Assembly: GCA_951406725.2 (NCBI GenBank)
Contig: OX597821.1
Location: forward strand, 86,800,001-86,864,000
Reading direction: 5' to 3'
Length of the DNA: 64,000 nucleotides
From: Octopus vulgaris
Taxonomy: Eukaryota
Shown: positions 15,428 to 27,559 of the stretch, in pieces
Layout: each line of letters starts with the position of its first letter
Position numbering within the stretch: the first letter of the stretch is position 1
Translations under genes and position numbers: made by a program
Notes under the pieces: model-generated
What the model was told of the DNA's origin: nothing
Seen by the model: only the letters and a program-made list of their open reading frames with translations
The model's database searches: none

Positions 15428-15610
15428 TAAAAAGCACCCACTACACTCACGGAGTGGTTCGCGTTAGGAAGGACATCCAGCCGTAGAAACACTGCCAGAT
15501 CAAACTGGGCCTGGTGCAGCCTTCTGGCTTCCCAGACCCCAGTTGAACCGTCCAACCCATGCTAGAATGGAAAGCGGACGCTAAACGATGATGATGATGA
15601 TGATGATGAT
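15428..15610 (+). mobile_element. SINE family C, 3' part with (GAT)n tail
   Basis: AAAAAGCACCCACTACACTCACGGAGTGG...CATGGAAAGCGGACG-type tail. Other copies at ~11640, 12280, 19070, 21360, 36990, 42631, 54575, 55600, 60200 and 61595. Confidence 0.8.
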
Positions 15611-15923
15611 ATATATACACATACACATATACTCACTCACACACACACACATATACAAACACACACACACATATATACATACACACACACACACGTAGTT
15701 GTCGAAGAACCCATAAGTCAGGGAAAACAAGCGCTCACATATTTGTCAATAGAGTGGGTATATTGATATTTATACAATTCATTATTTTAGATCCATTTCA
15801 AGGGATTTTTGCCATTTCTATTCAAACCAGTCATTCTAACGAGCGTTTGGGTAGGGTTTTTCCTTGATTCTCATGTGAGGAATCAATTGGTAAAATCGGC
15901 TGCAATAGATCCAAAATACTGCA

Positions 15924-15982
<59 letters not shown>

Positions 15983-16696
15983 CTAGGTAAAGTAAAATTC
16001 AAATTATGTTTGTATGCAACTTCTTTGTTTTTAGGCTGAACTATGTATTGTCATGATGAAATATTTTGACTTATGTACTCGTAGACCTTGTACAGAAAAA
16101 AAAAAAAAAAATTCGATGGAATCTGATCCATAGAAACCTTAAAACAAAAGAATTTTAGTTGTTATTGTACCAATACATTACACATGTTTTTCACCATTTC
16201 TGTTTGACAAAAGAACAACAACAAAAAAAAACGTTAACAGAACACACATCATGCACACACACATATACATACACATACACGCTTACACATGCACATACAT
16301 ACACACTTTAGACACACTCACTCACATACAACACTTAGACATAAATACAAGTCATTCATAACAAAGTCACATTCATACACAAGAACACATATGTACATGC
16401 ACATCCATCCATTGATTCACCCATCCATCGATCCATCCATCGATCCATCCATCCATCCATCGATCCATCGATCCATCCATCCATACATACAAAACATAGA
16501 CACAAAGACACACATATATATGTATGTATCAGATGCAGAGATACATAAACACATACACACTTATAATAGTGAACATCACACATAAAAACGCAAGTGAGTA
16601 TTTTCATCCTTTTCATGGTTTATGAATGAAACTTAGTTTACATGGATGTCTGCATCTCTGTTCCTACCCCCCCACCAACTCTCTCTCTCTCACAGC

Positions 16697-17950
16697 AATG
16701 AATTTAGTCAGCAGGTAAGTGTTTATCAGGGCCTGGTTATCACTCTCCTGCTCTTTATCATAGTAATCCAGGCAATAACAGTGGAGGTTAAGACAAGTTG
16801 CCCCTGGGAACTCCTCTATGCTGATGACTTTGTTCATAAAGCTGAATCTGTCAAAGAATTAGAAAAGAAATTCCAGGTTTGGAAGTGAAATCTGGAATGA
16901 AAGGACCTTAAGGTTAACTTAGAAAAAAACCAACATCCTAGCAAGCAGCAAATGAGACAGAATGATAATTATTTTGGTAAATGGTCCTGTTTGATATGTA
17001 GAAAGGGTGTTGGCAGAAGTTCCATATGCTGTAGCCAGTGCAGACTATGGACACACAAAAGATGCAGTGGAATCACAAGAAGATTAACAGATAAAACAGA
17101 CTTTGCTTTGTTTGTGGCTGATGTGTAGGAGCGATAAACAGACAGAAAATATATTTACTCAAATACCCAAGAGAATTGTAAGAGACAGTTGATAGTTTCT
17201 GTTACCTGGGTGACCTAATTAGTAATGGAAGAGAATTTTCTGAAAGTATAAGCATTAGAATAAAAACTGGCTGCAGAATGTTCAGAGAGCTATTGCCTTT
17301 GTTGGTAACAAAAGGTCTCTTTATCAGAGTGAAATGTAGATTGTATGATGTTTGTGAAACATAGGCTGTGAGTGCAGAAATACAGGGTCTCCCCAAAAGA
17401 TGTACTCACTCTTTGACTTCCCAGTACTCATGCATTTTGTGTTCAAGTAGATGTTTATTGATATACATACAATCCTAAAAAAGTTAAATTAAATTCAGGA
17501 AAATAAATTGTAGAAACGATTATTTATTGTCGTTTAGAATGGTTTAATGTTCTCTCTCATTCCTGCGAATTAGTAATTGTCTGTCAAAGAGTGAGTACAT
17601 CTTTTTGGGACACCCAGTATATGAATACCAGAAAGTCTAGCATACTTTACTGGATGGTGCTGAGAGAAAAATTTGGTATGAGGGGCATCAGATGAAGTGT
17701 GCAAGAAAGGAGATTGTGCTGATAATGTTATGTGATGAGGATGGATGAGGGGAGTTGCATAAAGAAGTATCAATCACTAAACATGAATAGAACCTGAGGA
17801 AGGGTCTGCCCCTGGAAGACACGAGAAACAGTTGTGAAGACCAGCTTCAGGATATTGATCCTCATGGATGAGATAACAAAGGACGAAGATGACTGGAGAT
17901 ACACTGTGCTTGCGAAGATATATCCATCTTAGTGAAAATGAGGTCCTAAA
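16697..17950 (+). mobile_element. Degraded RTE-clade LINE RT fragment
   Basis: VYQGLVITLLLFIIV..CPWELLYADD..KELEKKFQVWK*NLE*KDLKVN, then a Cys-rich segment (CLICRKGVG..SICCSQCRLWTHKRCSGI); multiple stops; interrupted by a MITE. Confidence 0.8.
17383..17617. mobile_element. Tc1/mariner-type MITE (235 bp) inside the RTE fragment
   Basis: 35-bp TIRs CAGGGTCTCCCCAAAAGATGTACTCACTCTTTGAC / GTCAAAGAGTGAGTACATCTTTTTGGGACACCCAG; TA on both sides. Confidence 0.88.
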
Positions 17951-18551
17951 AGCATATCATTTATGTCTGTTCCCCAACATCCAATAAACCTTTCCATACA
18001 ATTCGTCTTCTTCACACCCATCCCTTCATTACTCTTCTAATTATGGTGCTACACACTCAGGTGTTGTAATTATATGACCCCCATCTGTGCCATCAAGTTA
18101 TTCTTCTCTGTGAAACCATTTCCTTTTGTCACCCATCCTGCGTTCTCAATATCATCCCTTACTTCCTCGCTTTTTACTGAATACCACTTTCCCTACCTTC
18201 ATCATCCCCACCACTACCTTTGTTTGTCACATTCTGTTTCTACCCCTATGTTGCTCTAACTTCAGTTTCTTTTACTGTGCATCACCCCAGCATCTCCCTA
18301 TTTCTCATCTATTTACAGTTTTACTATACTGTTGTACTCCACTTCACTTTTCTTGTGCACTGTCACTTATCACCTCCTTCTTTACTCACCCCTATTTCCT
18401 TCACTTTCCCCACCAAACTGATATTTACCATTGACCTTACCTCCACCCATGTTCCCTATTCACTGCATTCATCTCTATCCCCATCTCTACCCATCTGTCA
18501 CCTTTCACACTGGTGAACTCACCTACTCATCTACTCTGTCTAATCCTCTGT

Positions 18552-18855
18552 GTGGAGGCACATGGCCTGGTGGTTAGAGTAGCAGACTCGCAGTCGAGGG
18601 ATCGTGGGTTCGAATCTCAGACTGGGCGATGTGTGTGTTTATGAGCAAAACACCTAAGCTCCACGCAGCTCCGGCAGAAGGTAATGGCAAAACTTCTGCC
18701 GACTCTTTCACCACAACTTTCTCTCACTTTCCTCCTGCATCTTGCAGCTCACCTGCGATGGACTGGTGTCCCGTCCAGGTGGGGAACCTATACACAAAGA
18801 AACTGGGAAACCGGCCCTTATGAGCCAGGCATGGCTTGAGAAGGAACAAACAAAA
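18552..18855 (+). mobile_element. tRNA-derived SINE family D
   Basis: A box TGGCCTGGTGG and B box GGTTCGAATC. Related copies at 24800-25111 (+), 42110-42233 (-) and 60577-60885 (-). Confidence 0.8.
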
Positions 18856-19239
18856 AAATCCTCTGTCCCCAGTCTCTCTCACATTCATCTTGGCCTTTGA
18901 GGGTGTACCCTGACACCTCATTACCATCATCTTTCTCCCTTTCCAGCTGGTACAGCCATATATCTTCTCTATAGGAAGACACTTGCTCCTGTCCCTCTAC
19001 CATACTTTAGCTTCTCAACACTTAACATAAAGCCAACTCCCTTAATTACTACACCCAGAATCAAGTTGAGGAGCTTTGTCTTGCAAGTTAATTGGTGATT
19101 GCACTAGTGTTGGTGTCACCAAAAAAGAAGTACCCAGCATACTCTAAAATGGTCGGTGCCAGGAAAGGTATCCAGCTGTAGAAAACACACTGGAGCAAAC
19201 ACTAGAACTCAATGCAGATCTCTAGTTTGTCTGATTCAT

Positions 19240-19358
19240 TAAATCATCCATCATGGAAGATGGATACTAAATTTTGGTGATGGTGGCAATGATATATATA
19301 TATATATATATCATTACCACCATCACCAAAATTTAGCATCCATCTTCCATGATGGATG

Positions 19359-19363
<5 letters not shown>
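19240..19363. repeat. Inverted repeat (52-bp arms, 2 mismatches) centred on (AT)10
   Basis: The degenerate SINE-C tail is mirrored across the TA tract. Confidence 0.9.
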
Positions 19364-19403
<40 letters not shown>

Positions 19404-19484
19404 GAGACTGAAACCTGGTGCAGTTCTCTGGTTCATCAGTCAAACTGTCTAACTCATGCCAACATCGAGAGCAGACGTTAACTT

Positions 19485-19665
19485 ATGCTGTGTGCTAAGT
19501 AGCTTGCTTACCAACCACTTGATTCTGGGTTCCGTCCCACTGTGTGGTACCTTGGGCAAGTGTCTTCTACTATAGCCTCGGGCCGACCAAAGCCTTGTGA
19601 GTGGATTTGGTAGATGGAAACTGAAAAAAGCCCGTCGTATGTATGTATGTATGTATGTATGTATG

Positions 19666-19699
<34 letters not shown>

Positions 19700-19923
19700 A
19701 GTGTACATGTTGTGTATCTGTGTTTGTCCCCCCAACATCGCTTGACAACCGATGCTGGTGTGTTTAGGTCTCTGTAACTTAGCGGTTCAGCAAAAGAGAT
19801 CGATAGAATATGTACTAGGCTTACAAAGAATAAGTCCTGGGGTCGATTTGATTCGACTAAAGGGGTGCTCCAGCATGGCCACAGTCAAATGACTGAAACA
19901 AGTAAAAGAATAAAAGAATAAAA

Positions 19924-19927
<4 letters not shown>
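19485..19927 (+). mobile_element. SINE family A, near full length
   Basis: tRNA-like head, internal microsatellite, LINE-like tail ending (TAAAAGAA)n. Confidence 0.88.
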
Positions 19928-19954
<27 letters not shown>

Positions 19955-20106
19955 CTCACTCTCCGTCTTTCTGTTTCTTTCTGTATATATAAATGTCTGT
20001 ATGTGTGTCTCTGAGCATGTATTTACATGATACATCTAACTATCTGTATAATATATTTGAATACATGCATGCGTACTCTCTGTCTGTCTGTCTGTCGGTC
20101 GGTCAG

Positions 20107-20154
<48 letters not shown>

Positions 20155-20199
20155 ATACCCACGAAATGCTTTTTGTTTATGTTATTGAACTAGTTGACC

Positions 20200-20950
20200 A
20201 GAAGGGTTGACTTATATTTTGGAACCATATTGACTCATACCACAGTTGTGAACAGAGACAAATTGTTGACTCACCATTACATAGTATAACAATTAAAAGC
20301 AATGATTAATGATTCACAAATTGTTGACCCACTATTAAATGCCACAGTCATTAAGGGGTGACATTTGTCTGTCTCCCTGTCCTTGCAAATAATTCTAAAA
20401 TAATTCCAAAATTATTTGCAACCATTAACATTAGACATCACAACTATTTAGGAGCAATGTTGGCCTGTTTTTTGTTCTCTTAAATATTTCCTAAATTGTT
20501 GACCCACTATTAAATATCACAACCATTTAGGGGCAACATTCACCTGGTTTGTTTTTGTTTTTGGAAATGATTTCTAAATTGTTGACCCACTATTAGATAT
20601 TACAACCATTAAGGGGCAATATTAATATTAACCTGTTTTTTTATCCTTAGAAGTAATTCCTAAATTTTTAACCCACAATAATATATCACTACCGTTAAGG
20701 GGTAACTTTAGCCTGTTTTTTTTTTTTTTTTACCTTTGGAAATAATTCCTTAATTGTTGACTTACTTATTAGATATTACAACCATTAAAAGGAGATATTA
20801 ATCTATTTTTTATCCTTAGAAATAATCCTCAAATTGTTAAACCACAGTAATATATTACAACCATTAAGGGGTTGTGATATATTAGAAATAATTCCTAGGT
20901 TTCGACCCACTGTTAGATGTCATGATCATTAAAGGGTAATGCTAACCATT
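20200..20950. repeat. Degenerate ~85-bp minisatellite, about 8 units
   Basis: Recurrent AAATTGTTGACCCACTATTAGATATTACAACCATTAAGGGG at ~20319, 20493, 20576, 20661, 20752, 20831 and 20898. Confidence 0.85.
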
Positions 20951-20995
20951 TTTTGTATGCAAGTAATAATTTTAATAGAGGCTACTACCATGATA

Positions 20996-21271
20996 CAGTT
21001 CTATATTTAAGAGATGAGGAATTATGTACATTATTTACATTCGACGGCTATTTGTCCTTATCTTGTTTGTTGTTAACACAACGTTTCGGCTGATATACCC
21101 TCCAGCCTTCTTCAGGTGTCTTGGGGAAATATCGAACCTGGGTTCTCATTTCTAAGGTATTTTTCGATGTTATTATTATTATTATTATTGTTAGTGTTCA
21201 GGTTACTGCTTGGAATCAAACTCGGAATCTTGGGGTTAGTAGCCCACGTTCTTAACCACTATGCCATATGC
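20996..21271 (-). mobile_element. tRNA-headed SINE carrying an internal hammerhead ribozyme
   Basis: Minus strand: A box TGGCATAGTGG, anticodon-like stem-loop GGG-CTACTAA-CCC, B box GAGTTTGATTCC, (AAT)n linker, then the HHR. Confidence 0.8.
21076..21119 (-). ncRNA. Hammerhead ribozyme (8-nt core variant)
   Basis: ACAC-CTGAAGAA-GGCTG gagggtatat CAGCC-GAAACGTT-GTGT. Confidence 0.8.
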
Positions 21272-21771
21272 TACTAGCTATCATAACTTCTGAGGATCAA
21301 CCAATAGTGTTTTGCCTCTTCAGTAAAATTTCTATGTTTTCACTGACCTCATTATTTTCATATACACCCACTACAGTGGTTAGTGGTAGGAAGGGCATTT
21401 AGATACATATACATGGAAACCAAGCCAAAATATGTGGTGTATATGGCCCTGATCCATCTAGGAAGGCAGTAACTTCAAATAAGAACTGGACTTGAATGGT
21501 AATGGTTTCTTTGCTAGCATTGGAAAGTGGATGTAAAACGATGATGGTTATGAGGCTGATGATGATAATATGAAAATACTCCAAAATGTTAACTAAGAAA
21601 GAACTCAATACATGGAGTAGAGTAAAACATTTATTTTACGAAAAAGGTGACAGTGGTTGGGTATCTGATTGGGGGCAAGGGCACTGCAGAATCTTCATAT
21701 AATGCAGTAAAACATATTGATGATTTGGTACAAGGGTTTGAGGCTTATGATACATACACACCTACATATAT

Positions 21772-21809
<38 letters not shown>

Positions 21810-22049
21810 CACACACACGCACGCACGCACACACACACATACACACACACACATATATATTTATACATAACATAATTAAGAAGACAAAGAATGAATTTAG
21901 CATATCTTTGTTATTAGTTTCCATACCACTTCGTTTCTAACATCATTGCATATAAATGGCTTCATGTGAAAAGTTACACAATATTTGTGGTTGATTATAT
22001 TAGAGTGGCACCAAGAGGAATTTTCTTATATTATGCCTTACATGTATGT

Positions 22050-23650
22050 GTGAGTGCATATTCTTCTCCTCTCTTTAATTTAGAGTAAATTTTGACTGGT
22101 TGCCTACTTGGTATCAAGGTTATGAAGGAAAGAATCTTGTTTTGTTCAACATCCTTCAAGTCTTAAGAAGGTCTTGCAAATTTTTTATAGTCTCAGATAT
22201 CGTAATCATTTGTAGTGTATGAATTAAAGATTTGTGTTCTCTCCACATAATCCCAAGTTCAGCCACACTTTGCTCCAGATGAGCTGCTATATATTCTGTT
22301 GCTCCTGTAATAAGATATAAAGCTGAAAGTGTATCCTTGGTACTGGATTTGCAAACTCCTTATCAAAGGTCCATAGATGTCTTTCTCTTGTATTTTTCTA
22401 ACCATATTAGTGTCCAGAGAGTAGCTGATTACCACAACCGAATCTCTCTTTTCCTTGTGATCCCACACAACAATATCTGGCCAGCAGTGTTTTGACTTGA
22501 TGGCTGTTTTAATTTTTAAGTTCACTCAATATTCTTTTGACCCATCAGATTCAGTATAGTCAACATTATAAGTGTTTTCTTTTCTGTATTCCTGTTCCAG
22601 ACCATTCTGGCCATCGCATCATGCCTCATGGGAAGATGATATCTGGAGAATACATTCTCTCACAGTTGGCAATAATGTGGTTGATGTCATCAGACTTGGT
22701 CTTGCAAAGCATACATTTGTTGTCTGTCAACGTTTTCTACTTTCATGCTGTAAGTATTTGGTGAGGATCTCTTGTTCTTAAATTGCATGGAGATGGTCTT
22801 CAAAGTGGGATGTCATAACTTGTCAGTTCTCCATGGCAAGCCTTTTGACATGATTGATTCCTTTTGTTGTTTGTTTTACATGCCAAGTATCCATGTACTA
22901 CCTTCTTAGAGAACTGATCCATTTAAAAAAATATTTTGTTCTTCTGATAAACAGATTTTACCAATGCTCCTTGGGGAAAGATCTGTATCAGCTCTTATTG
23001 CATACCTCTCCTCAAGTTCATTAGCTATCCTAATTAAGTTGTTGATTTCATGGTCACAAACTTGGTGACAGTTACTAGTCTCTTTCCTTTGGTTTAGATG
23101 TTTCAGTGTCACAATATGACATCATTACAGATTTGAAACCATGACAATCATCCTTGTGAGTGAAGTACCGCCTGTCTACATCTCCACTGATGGTGCAGTT
23201 TCCTGTAACACAGTGAGCTCCTTGTGGGTTCAATTTTCTATCTCGTTAAGTTTTTGTAGTGACCAGGTGAGAAGGCCAATCATCAGCATGAGGGCAGGTG
23301 CTGCAAAGGTTACTTGTTGTAACCAGAAAGTTCTGATGACCATACTCTTATTGCGTACCTCTCCTCAAGTTCATTAGCTTTTCTAATTAAGTTGTTGATT
23401 TACTCTCCTGAAATATTCATTCTTGGTTCTCTCCTTATTTATGGGTCCATTATATCTGACATTGTCATCTTGTCCAAGAGGCCTATAATTGTCACCTGAT
23501 TGTAGGGTTTGTATTGTCAAGTCATTTCTTTGTAGGTGTTTAGAGGAGGGTACAATTTTTCCATGTTTTATTGTCAAAAATGCCCATTTGGATTCACTAA
23601 ATTTCATTCCAATTTCAGTAGAAAATTGGGTAATGAGGTCAATTGTTTTT
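22050..23650 (-). mobile_element. Degraded R4/Dong-like LINE with restriction-like endonuclease (family A)
   Basis: Minus-strand remnants: TQFSTEIGMKFSESKWA (RT), CMLCKTKSDDINHIIANC (CCHC knuckle), KHCWPDIVVWD (RLE motif); 5' junction abuts (CATA)n. Confidence 0.8.
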
Positions 23651-23722
23651 TATGTATGTATGTATGTATGTATGAATGTATGTATGTATGTGTACATGCA
23701 GGCATGCAACTGTGCATGTGCA

Positions 23723-23757
<35 letters not shown>

Positions 23758-24060
23758 ATGTATGTATGTGTGCATGTGGGTATGCATGCATATGTGTGTG
23801 TGTTTGTGTATGTATGTATGTATGTATGTATGTGTGCATGTGGGCATGCATGCATGTGTGTGTGTGTATGTATTTATGTATGTATGTATGTATGTATGTA
23901 TGTATGTATGTATGTATGCATGTATGCATGTATGCATGTATGTATGCATGTATGTATGTATGCATGTATGTATGTATGTATGCGTGTGTGTGTTTGTGTA
24001 AGTATGAATCTATGTATGTATGCATGCATGCATGCATGTGTGTGTGTATGTATGTATGCA
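23651..24060. repeat. Compound (TATG)n/(TG)n microsatellite
   Basis: Directly visible. Confidence 0.95.
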
Positions 24061-24572
24061 TCACAAGCCCCAAATGCATCTCCTACTGCATTACTGATAA
24101 CTCTGCAGTGTCCAGGCCCCCATCCAAGTAACCATCCTAGTGTGGTTGTGAGGCTAAGAAGTTTGCTCCCCAACCATATAGTTTCAGGTTCATTTCCACA
24201 GTGTGGCAACTTGGATGAGTGTCTTCAACTAAAGCCACAGGCCAAGCAAAGCCATATGAGTAGATTTGGTTGATGGAAAATAGAAGAAGCCTGTCAGAGA
24301 TGTGTGTATATGTATATATGTATTCAAGTGTGTGTATGTTATGTCTGTGTTCCTTTGTCTCAACATCATAAGATTGTTGTAATTAGAGTCATTCTAATAT
24401 GTTTTCCAGTATTCTGGGAAAATATATCTGGCCATGGAAAAACATGTAAGTGCTGGCAACAGGAAAGGCATCTAGCTGTAGAAAATTTGCCTCAATAAAC
24501 TATATGCGAGCAGGAAAATGGTGAAGTTAAAACGATGGTGATATATACATACACACATATACACACACTCGT

Positions 24573-24653
<81 letters not shown>

Positions 24654-24735
24654 TACACAGAGGTATGTGTATATGTAAATTTACATGTATGTGGAGTTTT
24701 CATATGTACACACAAGCACATGCATATATATGTGT

Positions 24736-24775
<40 letters not shown>

Positions 24776-25145
24776 GTATATATATATAAATGTATACACG
24801 TGGAGGCACAATAGCTCAGTGGTTAGGGCAGCGGACTTGCGGTTGTAGGATTGTGGTTTCGATTCCCAGATTGGGCATTGTGAGTGTTTATTGAGAGAAA
24901 ACACCTAAAGCTCCACAAGGCTCCAGCAGGGGGTGGTGGCAATCCCTGCTGTACTCTTTCACCACAACTCTCTCTCACTCCGTCTTCTGTTATCCAACTT
25001 GCTTAGCCAGTAGGGTGGTGTCATTTGAAGGTTAAAACAATGCAATGCGCATTGTGACCAGCGATGTGTAGCAACATCTGATAGCCTGGTCAGTCACGGT
25101 GATCACGGTGATATATATACACATATCTGGTTAAGGTGAGACAGA

Positions 25146-25642
25146 AGATGGAAGATAGTGTTTTTATTAGTCACTACAATTGTTTCAACACATCTAGCAT
25201 CAATCCCTTATGGATAGAATACTTAACTACTGATTCAGGAGCATCTGACAGTGCAGAAGTATTTCTTTGGGTGATAAACAGATACAACTATTTAAAATAA
25301 GTTCCGCAATGTATCTTCTCAGTTCTTGGAATAAATGCAGCAAATTCAAGGATATAACTTCATTTATATCGAAGATCAATAAGAAAATAACAGATGGCAA
25401 AAAGAAGCCAGCTTGCAATAAACGAAGCTGTATCCCTTAATTTGCTGTTTTTCTTCACAACTGAGAAGATACATTGCAGAACTGTTATTTTAATGAATTG
25501 TATCTGTTTATCACCCGAAGAGACACATCTATACCGTTGGATGCTCCTGAACCAGTTGTTAAGTATCTCACCCATAAGGAATTGATGCTAAATGCATCGA
25601 AACAATTGTAGTGATTAATAAAAACTCTCATATCTTCCATCT
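25146..25642. mobile_element. Fold-back element (~230-bp diverged arms, ~37-bp spacer) with one HHR motif per arm
   Basis: 25146-25374 is the reverse complement of 25412-25642. HHR on + at 25510-25615 (ATCAC-CCGAAGA-GACACATCTA...TAAATGCATC-GAAACAATTGTA-GTGAT); decayed mirror on - at 25170-25275. Confidence 0.8.
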
Positions 25643-25733
25643 ACCAGTTACATAGTGGAACACTGTTAAAGTGACCATGCTTTACCAGTAAGCTGCCAGG
25701 TATAAACCATTTTTTTAATTATCTAATATCTAG

Positions 25734-25778
<45 letters not shown>

Positions 25779-25869
25779 TATTCGATAATCAAATGAATGG
25801 TTTAATTATCTAATATCTATTTACATATGTATGTACACATACACACATATTTTGCATATATATATATGT

Positions 25870-26324
25870 GAAAACCTGTTGAGGCAAGTGGAAGTCAAAA
25901 TCGAAATCGGTCAACATCAATGGAAATTGTAGCTGTGATACCAGTGCTGGTGGCACGTAAGCGAACCATCCGAACGTGGCCATTGCCAGCGCTGCCCCGA
26001 CTGGCCTCTGTGCCAGTGGCACATTAAAAGTACCATCCAATCATGGCCATTGCCAGCCTCGCCTGGCCCACGTGCCAGTGGCACGTAAAAAGCACCATCC
26101 GATCGTGGCCGTTTGCCAGCCCCGTCTGGCACCTGTGCCGGTGGCACGTAAAAAGCACCCACTACACTCACGGAGTGGTTGGCGTTAGGAAGGGCATCCA
26201 GCCATAGAAACATTGCCAGATCAGACAGGGCCTGGTGCAGCCTTCTGGCTTCCCAGACCCGAGTTGAACCATCCAACCCATGCTAGCATGGAAAGCGGAC
26301 ACTAAATGATGATGATGATGATGA
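25870..26324 (+). mobile_element. SINE family C, long copy with internal ~60-bp tandem units
   Basis: Four GTGGCACRT units at 25945-26160, then the standard C tail and (GAT)n. Confidence 0.82.
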
Positions 26325-26473
26325 TATATATATATATGAATACTATGAACATTTTCACTCCCTTACCTCACTTAGCGGTCATTATAATAGCTCTTTTGTC
26401 TTAATAACGGTCAATCACACAGTAATTTCCCTTTTTTTTAACGGTCATTTTCATAGCATTTTTTCGATGGCCA

Positions 26474-26534
26474 GATAACTGAAGAGATGGCGGCGTGGGT
26501 TTCCACTCCGACATCTGAAACTTGGAGTTTTATC
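26474..26534 (+). ncRNA. Hammerhead ribozyme in a TA-embedded cassette (~26338-26572)
   Basis: GATAA-CTGAAGA-GATG gcggcgtgg gttt ccactccga CATC t-GAAACT tgg AGTT-TTATC; outer GCCA/TGGC extends stem I. Confidence 0.72.
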
Positions 26535-26569
26535 ATGGCTGATGAATACTTGTCACATATTATATTTAC

Positions 26570-26608
<39 letters not shown>

Positions 26609-26919
26609 CAGTAAAGTGAGTATATGTTACTACTCTATCTCTTCATAATATTTTATAACTTGCTATTTTGCTTATATACACACACACTCTTTCAAACATG
26701 TCTATAGTTACATGAAATCAGTCATTCATAAATACAAATCAGCACATGTATATATATATGCTCAAATAACATTGAATCAACTGATCACTTCAGTACCAGT
26801 TCAATATCATTAAAAGCTGTGATATGTATGGTGGATAGAGGTAGTTTAATAGTCCAAAAGCCAAAAGGCACTGTAACTAGTTGGTTTCAGTGAGACAACC
26901 AGTATATATATATATATAT

Positions 26920-27486
26920 AATTTTAAATAATAAGGGAGATGAATTAATATTAATTTTAATATCAATTTAAAACCAGTAGTCTAGCATACAAAAAATCTG
27001 AAAAATCAGAGAAAATTCTAATACATCTGTATATTGACAGGGCAAGACTGCTAGGTAGTCGGCCGTATGCTAGAAATAGATCATCAACGATCAAACTACA
27101 AAGAAAGTTCTCTAGAGGAAAAATTCAGTGAACACCAGAACCAAATTTGGCGGGCAGGACAGATGAAAATTTATATAAAAAACAGAATTAATTGCATACC
27201 TCGGTTTCGGCCTTTAACAAAAGAATTACTTACATAATTCAAATGTCCGTGGCCTCATCAGTACAATCGTTCAGTGTAAATGCAATTTGAAAACTAACCC
27301 CAGCTTTCTGTGCCAAAACAGACACGTATTTAGTTTTACCAATTACAATTAGGTATAAAATTTCAAATGTCTTTGGTTCTAGTGTTCGCTGAATTTTTCC
27401 TCTAGAGAACTTTCTTTGTAGTTTGATTGTTGATGATCTATTTCTAGCATACGGCCGACTACCTAGCAGTCTTGCCCTGTCAATAT

Positions 27487-27489
<3 letters not shown>
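26920..27489 (-). mobile_element. Fold-back PLE-like cassette: 118-bp inverted arms enclosing an HHR
   Basis: 27028-27145 and 27372-27489 are near-identical inverted repeats; microsatellites on both flanks. Confidence 0.82.
27191..27267 (-). ncRNA. Canonical type I hammerhead ribozyme
   Basis: ATTGTA-CTGATGA-GGCC...GGCC-GAAACC ga GGTA-TGCAAT. Confidence 0.85.

Positions 27490-27559
<70 letters not shown>

Noticed and set aside
18552-18625. tRNA genes at SINE heads (also 21200-21271, 24800, 38262, 42160)
   Set aside because: There is no complete cloverleaf or acceptor stem, and each continues into a repeated SINE body.
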